DNA from: a virus
DNA: 17,837 nucleotides
Virus genome (UHGV): UHGV-0106859
Strand: one strand, 5' to 3'
Both the position numbers and the translations under genes were made by a program. Positions 8,025 through 17,837 of the stretch are shown in pieces. The first letter of the stretch is position 1. Every line of letters begins with the position of its first letter. The notes under the pieces are model-generated. The model did no database searches. It was not told the origin of the DNA and was given only the letters and a program-made list of their open reading frames with translations.

Positions 8025-8974
8025 TGCTCCGCGATTATCTTGATGGTTGTGGCAGTAAACGCCGCCACATTTGACTGGATGGTTAACGTACTGCCATTTG
8101 TGGCAAGAAAGCCGTCTTTATCCACGCTGAAGAACGTAGCTAACAGGATGTTATCGGTTGTTGTCGCCGAGTTGCGACTGCTTACCAGTGTGTCAGGAAC
8201 AGATCCGGAAAAGGTTAGCTGCATTGACCTGTTTGCGGTTCCGCTGGGCCACGTCCCGACAATCGACAGCTTGAAGAACAGGGTTTTGTTCTCGTTGAAA
8301 ACAACCATCTTGTTGTTATCAGTATCGAAGAATGGTGCCAACGTCCCGGATGACGGCGTGAGCGTTTTCAGCAGGCTAACAAGGTTGGTCGGCGCTGTTG
8401 GAATGGTTACCGATACTCCTGAGTAAACAACCTCTGATTTCTTGCGCGTGGTGGCATACTCAAGCGCAGATATTCTTGTTGAGTGATCACCAACTGTGCT
8501 TTGTAGCGTCGAAATACTTCCCTCTGCCGCTGTGAGCCTGGTATCAAGTGCGTTGATATCGGTTGTATTCTGAGTTATTCGCGCATCATGGTTTGCTAAC
8601 TCAGATTCATTGGCAGCAATTCGCGTCTCGTGATCAGCCAGCTCTGTTTCGGCAGCCGTAATCCTTGTTTCATGATCTGCAAGAGTGCTTTCCGCTGCTG
8701 CGATTCTATGTTCATGATTGACGAGAGTTGCTTCAGCAGCAGCAATTCTGGATTCATGGTCTGCAAGGGTGACATCCTGCTCATCATTCTTCACCTGTGC
8801 ATCATAAGCTCCCTTCCCTGCTTCGTTGGCCTTGTTAGCCACGTTACCAACATCAGTACCCTGTGCGATAACGTACAGCAGATATGACTGCGAGAAGATA
8901 TTGCGTGGAAGGACTGATGTGTCGAGTCGTGTAGCCTGAATGATTACCGGCTCATTGAGATTCGAATCAGCCAT
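8021..8974 (-). CDS. Tail needle (gp26-like), 317 aa, with extended coiled coil and a C-terminal globular domain absent from P22 gp26
   Basis: N-terminus [43 protein letters not shown] closely matches P22 gp26 as recalled; start ATG overlaps the gp10 stop (TAATG at 8972-8976), so the longer track ORF to 9076 is an in-frame upstream extension. Confidence 0.85.
   Translation of the reverse strand: MADSNLNEPVIIQATRLDTSVLPRNIFSQSYLLYVIAQGTDVGNVANKANEAGKGAYDAQVKNDEQDVTLADHESRIAAAEATLVNHEHRIAAAESTLADHETRITAAETELADHETRIAANESELANHDARITQNTTDINALDTRLTAAEGSISTLQSTVGDHSTRISALEYATTRKKSEVVYSGVSVTIPTAPTNLVSLLKTLTPSSGTLAPFFDTDNNKMVVFNENKTLFFKLSIVGTWPSGTANRSMQLTFSGSVPDTLVSSRNSATTTDNILLATFFSVDKDGFLATNGSTLTIQSNVAAFTATTIKIIAEQ
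8567..8770 (-). repeat. About five imperfect 42-bp tandem repeats inside the tail needle gene, encoding 14-aa repeats ([14 protein letters not shown])
   Basis: Protein repeats [14 protein letters not shown] / [14 protein letters not shown] / [14 protein letters not shown] / [14 protein letters not shown] / [12 protein letters not shown] are visible in the translation; the DNA shows matching periodicity. Confidence 0.6.
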
Positions 8975-10392
8975 TACTCGATCCTTATCTGGCAGCCAGA
9001 CAGAGTGACAGGTGACTTCGTGATAACGCGCAATTTGAAGCCGACATTTTTCCTGATGCGCCCGACTCGCTTCCACAAAACACGCTTGTCGTAAACGAAC
9101 GGTTCATTCTGCTCAATCATCTGCTCACGACCGTAATTGATGCCATCAGTGGTTGCCGAGAGGAACAGGCGGTCGGCGTACTGAGCGACCCCCGTCGATG
9201 ATTCCACCTCCAGATCAAAGCATCTGGCGTTATCTGCTTTGAAGAGTGGAGTAAACAGCAGGTGTTCTTGCTGTAGCCCATACTGGCTGCTGATGTCGAA
9301 CTGCAATTTTCCGGTCACGGACTCCAGCTTATCGCCGCACGTTATCTGATTGCCTTCGTAAATGAAGTCGATAGCGCGGTACACATCGTCATACAGGCCT
9401 GTTTTCAGCACACACCATTGCGGACCATTGGCGCTTGAAGATGCGTCGTACACAAGGACGTGACGCGAAAGATGGATAATCAGCAACTCATGAGCATCAA
9501 ACCGCAACGATTCCATCACACCATCAGCCAGTTCATCAGCAGTGTAGGAGCGGAGGATTTTCTCAATGCTCGCGCTGGCGATTGGTGATACCTGACCGGA
9601 GCCGATGATGTATACAGACGGAGCACCTGTTGCCGGATTGCTGATAAACGCATAGGAATCAGCAAACGGCGTTTTGCAGTAAGTTCCGGCAATGCCTTTC
9701 TGCACCATCAGTGATGGCTGTGCGACATACAAAGCGGCACCAACGGTGGTTGCCCCAGTCAGGGAAAAATATTCAATCGTCGATGAACCAAAGCAGACGA
9801 TGAAGTCTCGCCATGTTCCGATGCCGAGGATACCGTCCGGCTGCGATTCTGCGCGATATTGTGCGCTGTAACGGTCAGGATGCGATTCGTCTTCAGGGTC
9901 AGTGATAAACCATGAATCCGTGCCGTCTTTTGACCACGCATAACGCCCACGTAAACGCGTAATGTCGCGAACCGAACCTAACTCATACTGAGTGAATCCG
10001 CTGTCTGTAGGCCAGTTTGAGACTGTTTTAACCGTTCCATCATAGCGATACTCGACCAGTTGACCATTAACGCCTACCGCCTGAGATGTTCGACCATGCG
10101 CCATTGATACGCGACCACTTCCGGCAACATCACCGACCTCGCTTTCGCCCTTATACAACTTGCCACCGCAAACGCGATAAACAGCATTCTGCGCCATGTT
10201 GTACTCGACACCGCGCGATACACCATTCACATCAGAGCGTTTGGCAATGCCAGGGAATGAGCGAAGATATCCACTGCTGTTGAGGATTTCTTTGGGGGTT
10301 GCCAGCATATTCACTGGCAGATAGTCGATATAGTCGGCGTTTCGAAAGTCTTTGCCGACACCTTTCATAAGCGGAAGTTGCTGAATCGGCAT
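8974..10392 (-). CDS. gp10-like tail hub/head-completion protein
   Basis: 472 aa (same length as P22 gp10 as recalled); between gp4 and tail needle; stop-start overlaps on both sides. Confidence 0.85.
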   Translation of the reverse strand: MPIQQLPLMKGVGKDFRNADYIDYLPVNMLATPKEILNSSGYLRSFPGIAKRSDVNGVSRGVEYNMAQNAVYRVCGGKLYKGESEVGDVAGSGRVSMAHGRTSQAVGVNGQLVEYRYDGTVKTVSNWPTDSGFTQYELGSVRDITRLRGRYAWSKDGTDSWFITDPEDESHPDRYSAQYRAESQPDGILGIGTWRDFIVCFGSSTIEYFSLTGATTVGAALYVAQPSLMVQKGIAGTYCKTPFADSYAFISNPATGAPSVYIIGSGQVSPIASASIEKILRSYTADELADGVMESLRFDAHELLIIHLSRHVLVYDASSSANGPQWCVLKTGLYDDVYRAIDFIYEGNQITCGDKLESVTGKLQFDISSQYGLQQEHLLFTPLFKADNARCFDLEVESSTGVAQYADRLFLSATTDGINYGREQMIEQNEPFVYDKRVLWKRVGRIRKNVGFKLRVITKSPVTLSGCQIRIE

Positions 10393-10892
10393 TATTCGCT
10401 CCCGTTATCGCAAGGTTCCTTTCGCTGGAAGTAATTCCAGCCGTTCCACTTCGCCAACTGGTTACCACTACCAACAGGCATACGGTTTGGATAACCGGAC
10501 TTACATTTAGCGGCTTTTGCTCTGTCCATTGCAGACAGTTTGACGAGTCTCTCTTTCCCGTATCTGGCAGTGGTTATAAGTTTTGCAGACGCTTCCAGCG
10601 CATAATCCGGAGCAATGCGGCAGGCAAGGTTGAAAATGACGGCATTGATAGCGTTATTTGATAAACCGTGCTCATCGCCCGGATCTGGAGCGACATCTGC
10701 ATCAGCGAAAATGTAGCCAACGTTGATACCAGGTGACACATCACCGCCAAGCCATTCAGCCATCATCATTTCAAGGTCGTTGACGCCGTCTTCCATAGAC
10801 TGCGGTTCGACATCGGTTAACGTGGCATTTGATGCCACACCGAGCTTACGTAATGCCGCAAGAACTAAATCACCCTTCGTTGTCAGGTTCAT
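10392..10892 (-). CDS. gp4-like tail accessory protein (portal-proximal tail factor), 166 aa
   Basis: Start assigned to the internal Met ([33 protein letters not shown]...), which matches the P22 gp4 N-terminus and length as recalled, with AGGCGG SD upstream; the track start at 10982 adds a spurious SQSQSQ leader. Confidence 0.8.
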   Translation of the reverse strand: MNLTTKGDLVLAALRKLGVASNATLTDVEPQSMEDGVNDLEMMMAEWLGGDVSPGINVGYIFADADVAPDPGDEHGLSNNAINAVIFNLACRIAPDYALEASAKLITTARYGKERLVKLSAMDRAKAAKCKSGYPNRMPVGSGNQLAKWNGWNYFQRKEPCDNGSE

Positions 10893-11118
10893 CTGCTGCC
10901 GCCTTAGGTTTTCGACCAGGCTTTTTACGCTGTTTTTCTTCTGGCTCTGGCTCTGGCTCTGGCTCTGGCTCTGCAACATCATTCAGAAGATTATCAGGAT
11001 GTGCAAACCAGCCAGCATCCAGATATTCCTGAAGCTCTTCGGCTTTCACGATTTCAAAGTCGTATCCAACGCCTTTCCATTTCTTCATGTCGCCATGACG
11101 AAAGATCATGTGTGTCAT
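10870..11118 (-). CDS. Small hypothetical protein (82 aa) with (EP)5 repeat and lysine-rich C-terminus, between coat and gp4
   Basis: ATG at 11118 with GGAGA SD 6 nt upstream, directly after the post-coat terminator; its 3' end overlaps the gp4 start by 23 nt in another frame; track ORF 10870-11166 is an upstream extension. Confidence 0.5.
   Translation of the reverse strand: MTHMIFRHGDMKKWKGVGYDFEIVKAEELQEYLDAGWFAHPDNLLNDVAEPEPEPEPEPEEKQRKKPGRKPKAAADEPDNEG
10941..10973. repeat. Hexanucleotide microsatellite (GGCTCT) about 5.5 copies; encodes (EP)n on the minus strand
   Basis: Direct read: ctggctctggctctggctctggctctggctctg. Confidence 0.9.
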
Positions 11119-11130
11119 GCTTGTCTCCAG

Positions 11131-11154
11131 ATAAAAAAGGGAGCCGAAGCTCCC
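11131..11154 (-). terminator. Rho-independent terminator/attenuator immediately downstream of the coat gene
   Basis: GGGAGC-cgaa-GCTCCC hairpin (11139-11154) followed on the minus strand by TTTTTTAT; 9 nt after the coat stop; the next gene SD/ATG follows directly. Confidence 0.6.
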
Positions 11155-11162
11155 TCTGGTTA

Positions 11163-12458
11163 TCACGCAGTCTGGTTAGGCAGACCAACACCAATTGCCT
11201 CTGGTCGTACAGCACATGCTGAATACCACACAGCAATACGGCACTTACCAGACAGAGTGTTGATATCACCCTGCGTTGCGAAGATGCCGTTAACACCAAT
11301 ACCTGGAATGCTGAAGGAAGAAGTTTTCATGCCAGCAAACAGTTCATGGGTTACCGGAATCGGCTGAGACAGCAGGCGGATTGAGTCATCAGCCCAGAAC
11401 ACGTTAGCGGTGGTTGTTGCCACGTTCAGAACGTTTACCGGAGTGGTATTAGCAAGAGAGGTGTTTACGTTAGCGTAAGCCTTCTCTTCTTTTGTCAGTG
11501 ACGCGTCATCCAGCGCAATCGGCTTCGGCGTGATTTCGATGTGAGTATTATCGATCACTCGGGTGATTGAGAAAGTCGCATCATCAGTCAGCACGTTCTT
11601 CGCCATCTGAGACAGGAATTTCACACCAGTGAAGCTGATTTTGTCGCCGCGCTTAAATCCGGTGGTGGAGGATACGGTCACCGTTGCAACACGGTTGTCG
11701 ACGTTCTCCTTGTTACCATCGGTATCAAGGGTGTATGCCTGCGGCTTAAACTTCTGCGCTCCAGACACAGTTACACCAGTAGCGGTTGACTTGGTAACTG
11801 CCGGAAGTTTCGGTGAGCGAAGAATTTCATCAAAGCCAGCAATCTGACGCTGAATAGTACCGTTGCGATACGCTTCTTCAGGAACGCGACCGAAGATGTC
11901 ACCATCTACCAGGTTGCGGCCTGCTTTGCGGTAATCGTCAGGATTCAGGAAGTAACTGATGCCCATATCGCGGTTTAGCTCACGGGAGAACATCAGTCGC
12001 TCTGCATCAGACACAAAATCCCATCCAGACAGGCCAGTAGATGGACCAATTGCGCGGGTATCGTGAACAACAAGCGAGCCCATTTCAGTTGCCTGTTTGG
12101 CAATTGCTGACTCAATGTTATTCGCCAGTTTTTTGGCGGATGCCTGGATGCGGCGACGGTAAGAACGCTCATCACGCAGGTCATCTGCACGAAGCTCGAA
12201 GAAATCGTTATCCGGATCGCCCATGTTGCATTTCACGGAGAGTTCCAGAATCCCGGTTGCGTTGTCAGTTAAATCCCAGCCAGTCTGGGTTGGCGCTTCC
12301 TGCTCAACAGGCATCCACACGGTGTTGCTTGAACGCTGCATTGATTCTGCCGGAGGGGTGTATTTTGTCACTTTGGACGCCATTGGCGTCAGGTTCTGGA
12401 CGGTTTCGATGATTTCATCCAGAGCATATGTGACCAGTTGACCTTCATTTAATGCCAT
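11163..12458 (-). CDS. Major capsid (coat) protein, gp5-like (HK97-fold, P22 type)
   Basis: 431 aa; start MALNEGQ and many blocks ([42 protein letters not shown]) match P22 coat as recalled, with substantial divergence elsewhere; TAATG overlap with scaffold stop. Confidence 0.95.
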   Translation of the reverse strand: MALNEGQLVTYALDEIIETVQNLTPMASKVTKYTPPAESMQRSSNTVWMPVEQEAPTQTGWDLTDNATGILELSVKCNMGDPDNDFFELRADDLRDERSYRRRIQASAKKLANNIESAIAKQATEMGSLVVHDTRAIGPSTGLSGWDFVSDAERLMFSRELNRDMGISYFLNPDDYRKAGRNLVDGDIFGRVPEEAYRNGTIQRQIAGFDEILRSPKLPAVTKSTATGVTVSGAQKFKPQAYTLDTDGNKENVDNRVATVTVSSTTGFKRGDKISFTGVKFLSQMAKNVLTDDATFSITRVIDNTHIEITPKPIALDDASLTKEEKAYANVNTSLANTTPVNVLNVATTTANVFWADDSIRLLSQPIPVTHELFAGMKTSSFSIPGIGVNGIFATQGDINTLSGKCRIAVWYSACAVRPEAIGVGLPNQTA

Positions 12459-13369
12459 TATCGAATTCCTTTATTCAGTTGCGCCTTAAGCTTGCGGTAC
12501 GTCTCTACATCCCCTTTGTTTGCTGCCGCTTCCATCTGCTTTTCAATCGCAGAGATATTTGCAGCAACAGCGTGTCCCTGAATGGGTTCATCAGGTAACG
12601 GGGCTTCTGAAACAGGCTTTGCTCGAGGCTTGAGAGTTAAACGTTCTGACAGTCGAGTGAGTTCAATCAGCGCGGATTGCCCGTCCATCGCCAGCAACTG
12701 GCGTGTTTTCTCAGGATTAGCACCAAGGTGATACATGAGAGCAGCGGATTTCTCCGGGAAGAGGCGCATGATGTCGGCACCGACTGCTGGCGGCACCAGT
12801 TGCATGAATGCATCCTCTTTCTCCTGATAGTCAGGGATATTGAGCTTTTCCGCTGCGTCGTAGTGCTTACGGGCTGCCTCGACGTATTGCGCTGATTGCT
12901 GGGTGAACTCCTGAGTTTTGCGACCCTGCTCGGCGACAGCCTGGCTTCGTGCGTCCATAGCCTTGATCTGCCATTCACTGTTTGCCTGCTGGAAGGCAGC
13001 CAGTGCGCGGCTCTGGTCATAGTCGTACTTAGCCAGTGCATCTTCGGAAAGATAATCGTTAGGGTCTGGTTGTTTTGGTAACTCAGGGTTCACCCGCAGG
13101 TGCTCCGGCAACTCTCCACGCTTAACCGCTTCCATCTGCTGCTCAAGCTCACGCTGGCGTTTGCGTTCGATGCGGCGACGGGCAAATTCAGCATTAGTTG
13201 CCGGGTCTTGTTTTGGTTTCTCATCGTCTTTCAGGACAATCTCAAAGCCTTCTTCCTGACCTGCACTGTCGTTGGCATTATCGACAACTAAGCCATCAGC
13301 AGATGCCGCTGCATGATTGCCGGGCAGGGTTAATTCTTCAGAAGCCTGAATGTCGGTGGTTTGGTCCAT
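12458..13369 (-). CDS. Scaffolding protein, gp8-like
   Basis: 303 aa (P22 gp8 is 303 aa as recalled); highly charged helical composition; between portal and coat. Confidence 0.9.
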   Translation of the reverse strand: MDQTTDIQASEELTLPGNHAAASADGLVVDNANDSAGQEEGFEIVLKDDEKPKQDPATNAEFARRRIERKRQRELEQQMEAVKRGELPEHLRVNPELPKQPDPNDYLSEDALAKYDYDQSRALAAFQQANSEWQIKAMDARSQAVAEQGRKTQEFTQQSAQYVEAARKHYDAAEKLNIPDYQEKEDAFMQLVPPAVGADIMRLFPEKSAALMYHLGANPEKTRQLLAMDGQSALIELTRLSERLTLKPRAKPVSEAPLPDEPIQGHAVAANISAIEKQMEAAANKGDVETYRKLKAQLNKGIR

Positions 13370-13382
13370 GGTTAACTCTCTC

Positions 13383-15548
13383 TTATTGAGGTGTCTCGGC
13401 TACTCCGCCGGAGGGGATTTGAACTTGACGCATAAGATTCGCGAAATCCATGCGTTGTGAATGAGTCTGGTCTGCATCTTTAAGAAGCAGCTCAGCGTTA
13501 GCACGAGCATCTTTGCTGCGCTGTTGCTGGAATTGAACTACGAGCTTGAGGTACTCACGCAGTTCTGCCTGCTTGTCGAGGTCCATATTGTTGAAGATTT
13601 CTGCAATCTTCGCGGCGTTGAGTTGGTTTTGGGCTTCAACCTTGGCGGCTTCAACCTGAATCTGCGCCTGTTGGTTCTCTGCCTTGAGCAATTCAGCCTG
13701 ACCTTGCAGAAGGATACCCTGCGCCTGAATTTGCTCTGCTGATGGCTGCTGCGGCTGCTGTTGAGCCTGCTGTACCATCTCCATCTCTTCAGGTGTTTCT
13801 GGTTTCTTCAGCCCCATCATCACCAGTTGCTTGTTCGCGTACTCTCGCATCATCTCGACGCCTTTACCGTCAAGCAGCGTGAAGTATTGCAGCATCAGCA
13901 TCTGGAACTCTGGAGTACCTTGCGGAACCTTGGTGAGCAACTCCTGAATCTCTGCGCGGTTCTGTTCCTTCATGCTCTGGAAGGATGGTCCAACTCCTAT
14001 ATAGCACTCGTAGCGACCGCGAATGTCGTTGAGTGTGACCACATTACCGGACTGGTAATCGACAACTTGCGCGTAGAGTTGAACGTCTTTCTCGCTTCCA
14101 TCTTCAAGTGTCAGCGTTACATGACGAGGGATGTCATAAATATCATTGACCATTGAGGCATAAATCTCGCCATCACGCCGCATTGCGGTAGCCAGGTTAT
14201 CCTGAAACACGTATGTCTCAAGGTCTGACCGCATGTTCAGTTGATTGACGGTATCGAAAGAGACCTGAGAGTTTGCTGCCTGTGCATCCACGCCAAGACT
14301 AGCCACCTCTTTCACTGCGTTGGTGGCAGCCTCAAGCATGTAAGCGTTGGCTTGCGGCACTTCAGGGTTTTCCATGTAGGAGATTGGACCAATCGGCAGG
14401 TCGTTACCGTTTTCATCAGTCCTGTTCTGGAGATAGTACGGATAGTCATCATTTCCACCGTACATGTATTCGTAGCCTTCGATTTGCTCAGGGAAGAAGG
14501 TCGGTTTCTTCTTCGGTGAACGACCAACAATATCGGCGTTGAATGACATGATCATGTTACGAAGGCGTTGACCGTCTTTCGTCAGCCTTACCACTCCTTC
14601 GTAGCACTCCTTGTCACCAGCGAATGACCATTCGCCATACACTGGAACGATTGGAATATGCTCTCCTGCTATCTTCTCGCGGTCTTTCAGTATCTGTGTG
14701 CAGGTGATGATCGACTTATACACACGCCGACGCTTCACCTTGCGCTCTGCTACCTTAATGAATCCACGATTAGCCAGGTCGTCGATGACGTCTTTAATAT
14801 CCTGCTGGTAATAGCTGACCGGCTCACCTGTCAGCGGGTCGCGGTAGATGAAGACCTTCTCTTTCTTCTCTTCTATCTCGTAATACTCAGCGACGTAGAC
14901 GACATCATTCGATACCCACGGAAACAGCCATGTGTCGTTCGGATTCTGGAAAGATGGCAAGGTGTCCGGATCAATACCGTAATCCTCTGCGAACTCTTTC
15001 CAGCCATTGCGTGACAAGGCGTTAATCACCGTGCAGTGCTTAGCGTCGCTCTTATCCATCTGCTTGCTGTTGGCGTCCCATATGACGTGTGAGCAGGCCT
15101 CATGGATTGGCAGGCGTCTGATTACCTGATTGTTGCTTGTTGGATCGTTGTCTTCGTACTGTGTGACCAGACGCCATGCACCAACGCCGGACTCTATCTG
15201 CTCACGAACGCCAACGTTAACGGCAATCTTTGCCGTGTTATGGCGCATATCAGTACGATACATCCCCATCAACACATCGGCTGCATCAGGATTAGCGCCG
15301 TCTTTGGGTCGGAAGAGAACGTCGATAGGGTTCCGGCGCATCTCTGCGACCAGTTTCCTGACCACTGGGCGAACAACATCGAATTGTCCGCGATATTGCA
15401 GGGTGGTGTAGTTTGATAGCCAGTCATCCCATTGCGACACTCGGCTAAAAAACAGGTCATTTGTCGCCTCGGTTCTGGCTTCATCGCTCGCCATCCAGTC
15501 TGCGTCAAACTTACACAGAATGGAATTGAGTCTGTTTTCGTCGGCCAT
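13383..15548 (-). CDS. Portal protein, gp1-like
   Basis: 721 aa; long Gln-rich C-terminal barrel region and conserved blocks ([33 protein letters not shown]) match P22 portal as recalled; directly follows large terminase. Confidence 0.95.
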   Translation of the reverse strand: MADENRLNSILCKFDADWMASDEARTEATNDLFFSRVSQWDDWLSNYTTLQYRGQFDVVRPVVRKLVAEMRRNPIDVLFRPKDGANPDAADVLMGMYRTDMRHNTAKIAVNVGVREQIESGVGAWRLVTQYEDNDPTSNNQVIRRLPIHEACSHVIWDANSKQMDKSDAKHCTVINALSRNGWKEFAEDYGIDPDTLPSFQNPNDTWLFPWVSNDVVYVAEYYEIEEKKEKVFIYRDPLTGEPVSYYQQDIKDVIDDLANRGFIKVAERKVKRRRVYKSIITCTQILKDREKIAGEHIPIVPVYGEWSFAGDKECYEGVVRLTKDGQRLRNMIMSFNADIVGRSPKKKPTFFPEQIEGYEYMYGGNDDYPYYLQNRTDENGNDLPIGPISYMENPEVPQANAYMLEAATNAVKEVASLGVDAQAANSQVSFDTVNQLNMRSDLETYVFQDNLATAMRRDGEIYASMVNDIYDIPRHVTLTLEDGSEKDVQLYAQVVDYQSGNVVTLNDIRGRYECYIGVGPSFQSMKEQNRAEIQELLTKVPQGTPEFQMLMLQYFTLLDGKGVEMMREYANKQLVMMGLKKPETPEEMEMVQQAQQQPQQPSAEQIQAQGILLQGQAELLKAENQQAQIQVEAAKVEAQNQLNAAKIAEIFNNMDLDKQAELREYLKLVVQFQQQRSKDARANAELLLKDADQTHSQRMDFANLMRQVQIPSGGVAETPQ

Positions 15549-17048
15549 TTAAGTTCTCCGTGCGATGGGCCTGATTGGGGCTGGTATCTTTTTCTCTTTT
15601 GGTTTTTTGATGTCGCGCATCATTTTGGCGAAGCGGCGCATCATGTATGCATAGCGAACGGCTGAGAGAACGTCGTCGTTAAGCTTGACGATCTTCCCGT
15701 TTTCATCACGGTGATAGAGGCGGAACTCCTCAAAGAATGGCTCACAGGTGTTGAATACTTTGAAGCGACCATCGAGCATCATGTCGCGCAATTCAGTGAT
15801 GCCAGGCTCCACAGCATTACCGCCATCAGGCCATGTCGCATGCTCCTGCAACATCATAAAACCAGCGTCCGCGTACTGCCCTTTGAGCTGCTCACCGCCG
15901 CCCTTCTCATGCTGGTTTCCGTCATGAGGCCATGCGGTTGGCACTTTATGCGCCCATGATTTAACAGCTCCCCATGCCTGAACAGCTGTTTTTTCTTTCG
16001 CCTTCCACACGCGTGAAACGTAGATTGTGTCTGCGTCCTTATCCCACCAAAGCTGAACCTGCGCCTGTGGGTGATCCCATCCGAAATCCATCCCACCAAT
16101 TACGTAGAAGTGATCAGGACACTCGAACGGCTGACACTTAATAGTCTCTTCCGGTATCTGGAAGATTCGACCACTACCCATCGTAGGAATACCGCGAGCA
16201 CGCGCCTCTCTCTCATGCTCGGGATAGGATGCGATGATTTGCTCTTTCTGCTCGTCGGTGTAGTGCTCTGCGTCATAGATGGTCATGTTGACCACTTTCT
16301 GCGACTTGCTGGGATTCTTCAGGAACTTGGTAACAACGTCAGACATCCCCATCAGCGGGGTAAACGTCAGAATTGAGAATTGCCCGTATTTGTTGGTACG
16401 GGTAAGACCTTCGCCATAAATGCTGTATGGTGGCTCTTCGTCAAACCACACGCCGTGGATTGTGTCACCCTGCCAGCGAGCGCGGCCTTGCGAGTATGGT
16501 TTGAAGTAGCAGATTGAAATGCCATCTTCAACGCCATCAGCCGTGTGATGCTTAACCAGAAGATGATCAACAAGGTTCGGAAAGAAAGGAGACTTCTTCC
16601 AGCTAATGATGTCCTCTTTCGGTATAGAACCGTAGCCCGGTTCATCATTCTCTTCAATACGACCGCACAGGATGCGTTGAGTCGTTTTGGTTACCGTCTC
16701 GTTTGTCTCGCCACCAATCCAGAAGACAACAGGCTCATAGAAACGCTTACCTTTCCACTCCCCACCATATTTACCATCAGCAGGATAGCCTTTTGTGCCC
16801 GGATAACGCCCTGTAAGGTGAAACGCGACTTCAGCAGCACCAGTAAATGACTTACCAAGCTGGTTACCAGCCATAAAACAGCGCTCTGGATAGTCATGCC
16901 CGGCGTCGATGAACTCACGCTGTTTGCTGTATGGCGTAAATTCATATAGCAGGTGTGTGTTCCGGTAGTTCTCTTCTTCTTCGAGTAGCTCGAGCAATTC
17001 GATTTGCTCTTCGTCGCTCAGGTTATCAAGAATCGCGTCCAGTTCCAC
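15549..17048 (-). CDS. Terminase large subunit, gp2-like
   Basis: 499 aa; Walker A-like GNQLGKS near the N-terminus; C-terminal nuclease region; GTG start (plus-strand cac at 17046-17048) with AAGGAG upstream; overlaps the small terminase 3' end by 23 nt. Confidence 0.95.
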   Translation of the reverse strand: MELDAILDNLSDEEQIELLELLEEEENYRNTHLLYEFTPYSKQREFIDAGHDYPERCFMAGNQLGKSFTGAAEVAFHLTGRYPGTKGYPADGKYGGEWKGKRFYEPVVFWIGGETNETVTKTTQRILCGRIEENDEPGYGSIPKEDIISWKKSPFFPNLVDHLLVKHHTADGVEDGISICYFKPYSQGRARWQGDTIHGVWFDEEPPYSIYGEGLTRTNKYGQFSILTFTPLMGMSDVVTKFLKNPSKSQKVVNMTIYDAEHYTDEQKEQIIASYPEHEREARARGIPTMGSGRIFQIPEETIKCQPFECPDHFYVIGGMDFGWDHPQAQVQLWWDKDADTIYVSRVWKAKEKTAVQAWGAVKSWAHKVPTAWPHDGNQHEKGGGEQLKGQYADAGFMMLQEHATWPDGGNAVEPGITELRDMMLDGRFKVFNTCEPFFEEFRLYHRDENGKIVKLNDDVLSAVRYAYMMRRFAKMMRDIKKPKEKKIPAPIRPIARRT

Positions 17049-17514
17049 GGTTGAATAGCTCCTTGATACGAGAGCGTCGCTTATCGCGATCTCCCTTATC
17101 AGGTGTCACGTCTTCAACTTGCGACTGCTCTTTGAGGCCCAAATCACGGGCGATGATGTTAGCGTTGAGAAGGTCAGCGGCTGCGCCAGAGAATTTCTGG
17201 TCGTAGATGATGTCTTCCGCTCGTGATGTGACGTCAGAAAAACCTTCCATTGACCGGAAGGTTCCCCATGTTTGCCTGGTGATATCAAGGAAGGTACACA
17301 ATCCTGAAATAGTCATGGCTCGCATCTTAGGGACATTAGCCTTAATTATTTCTCCCTGATATGAAAATACCTTACCCTCCCATAGCGGGTTATCATCAGC
17401 CCACTCGAAGTATTCACAACAAGCTGCCCACAGCGCCTCAGGCGATTCGAATTTAGGATTTCGCCCATGACTACTGCGGGCCTCCCAAAATCGGTTGCCC
17501 TTTGGTGCTGCCAT
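17026..17514 (-). CDS. Terminase small subunit, gp3-like
   Basis: Product [38 protein letters not shown]... matches P22 gp3 as recalled (162 aa from the ATG at 17514; the track ORF begins two codons earlier). Confidence 0.9.
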   Translation of the reverse strand: MAAPKGNRFWEARSSHGRNPKFESPEALWAACCEYFEWADDNPLWEGKVFSYQGEIIKANVPKMRAMTISGLCTFLDITRQTWGTFRSMEGFSDVTSRAEDIIYDQKFSGAAADLLNANIIARDLGLKEQSQVEDVTPDKGDRDKRRSRIKELFNRGTGRDS

Positions 17515-17549
17515 ATTCATCTCACTTAATCGTTATTTCAGGTTGAGCA

Positions 17550-17792
17550 TCATGCTCCGGTGGTGAACAGGTCTAACGCCTCCTTCGATTTACGCACCGC
17601 TTCGATTGTGCGGGTCGTGATATCTGAATTAGCGCCACCTGACTGGAAGTGAATTTTGAATAGCTCAAGCTTCAGCTCGTCAGTGCCAATGAACTGAAAT
17701 GCTTCTTCTGCGGCTGCGTTCTGGTTCATGACCAGTTTGTAAATCTCTAACTGGAATTTCTGTTCTTCAGTCATGGGAATAATCTCTGCCAT
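17550..17792 (-). CDS. Hypothetical protein (80 aa) upstream of terminase; P22 orf80-like position
   Basis: GGAG SD 6-7 nt upstream of the ATG; same strand as the late operon; P22 carries an 80-codon ORF at this position, as far as I recall. Confidence 0.55.
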   Translation of the reverse strand: MAEIIPMTEEQKFQLEIYKLVMNQNAAAEEAFQFIGTDELKLELFKIHFQSGGANSDITTRTIEAVRKSKEALDLFTTGA

Positions 17793-17837
17793 TGTTGGCT
17801 CCGTTTATCCGTTAAAAGGGATATCAGTTAAGTTATC

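Noticed and set aside
7701-8426. 241-aa plus-strand ORF
   Set aside because: Entirely antisense to the gp14 and tail-needle genes, with no SD; a typical shadow ORF opposite well-supported coding sequence.
8975-9076. Upstream in-frame extension of the tail needle ORF ([10 protein letters not shown]...)
   Set aside because: Overlaps the gp10 3' end by about 100 nt; the conserved needle N-terminus [10 protein letters not shown] starts at 8974 with a TAATG coupling junction.
10893-10982. N-terminal extension of gp4 ([14 protein letters not shown]...)
   Set aside because: The real gp4 start is the internal Met with an SD, giving the expected 166 aa; the SQ leader is an artefact of the microsatellite in the upstream overlapping gene.
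10723-11367. 214-aa plus-strand ORF, plus the 67-aa ORF at 10829-11032 with a GSGSGS run
   Set aside because: Antisense to gp4, the EP-repeat ORF and the coat 3' end; the GS repeat is the same hexanucleotide microsatellite read in another frame.
12041-15014. Plus-strand ORFs of 60-131 aa across coat, scaffold and portal
   Set aside because: Antisense shadows of the structural genes; none has a credible ribosome-binding site.
1-17837. tRNA, CRISPR array, integrase/att site or IS element
   Set aside because: No cloverleaf-like conserved tRNA motifs, no regularly spaced direct repeats with spacers, and no transposase-like ORF or terminal inverted repeats were seen; the window is phage late region plus immI.

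Overview
This window is the late (morphogenesis) region of a P22-like podovirus or prophage (Lederbergvirus-type, enterobacterial), with the late operon on the minus strand. Reading right to left: an orf80-like gene, small and large terminase, portal, scaffold, coat, a small EP-repeat ORF, gp4, gp10, tail needle (gp26-like with a long repeat coiled coil and extra C-terminal domain), gp14, ejection proteins gp7/gp20/gp16, then an accessory island, a remodelled immI region (mnt, arc-like, ant) and the first 7 codons of the tailspike at the left edge. The late genes show the usual tight packing with ATGA/TAATG stop-start overlaps. The most interesting region is 1-3600: (i) a two-gene AT-rich island at the position where P22 carries sieA (a 109-aa membrane-anchored coiled-coil protein and a ~335-355-aa protein with a very basic N-terminus, separated by a palindrome-rich control region); (ii) an immI region with an extra Mnt-like ribbon-helix-helix gene, a diverged Arc-like gene, a CxxC small ORF between arc and ant, and a sar-like antisense RNA with a near-consensus promoter. 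No tRNA, rRNA, CRISPR array or IS element was seen. All calls are from reading the sequence and recalled protein families; no database search was run.
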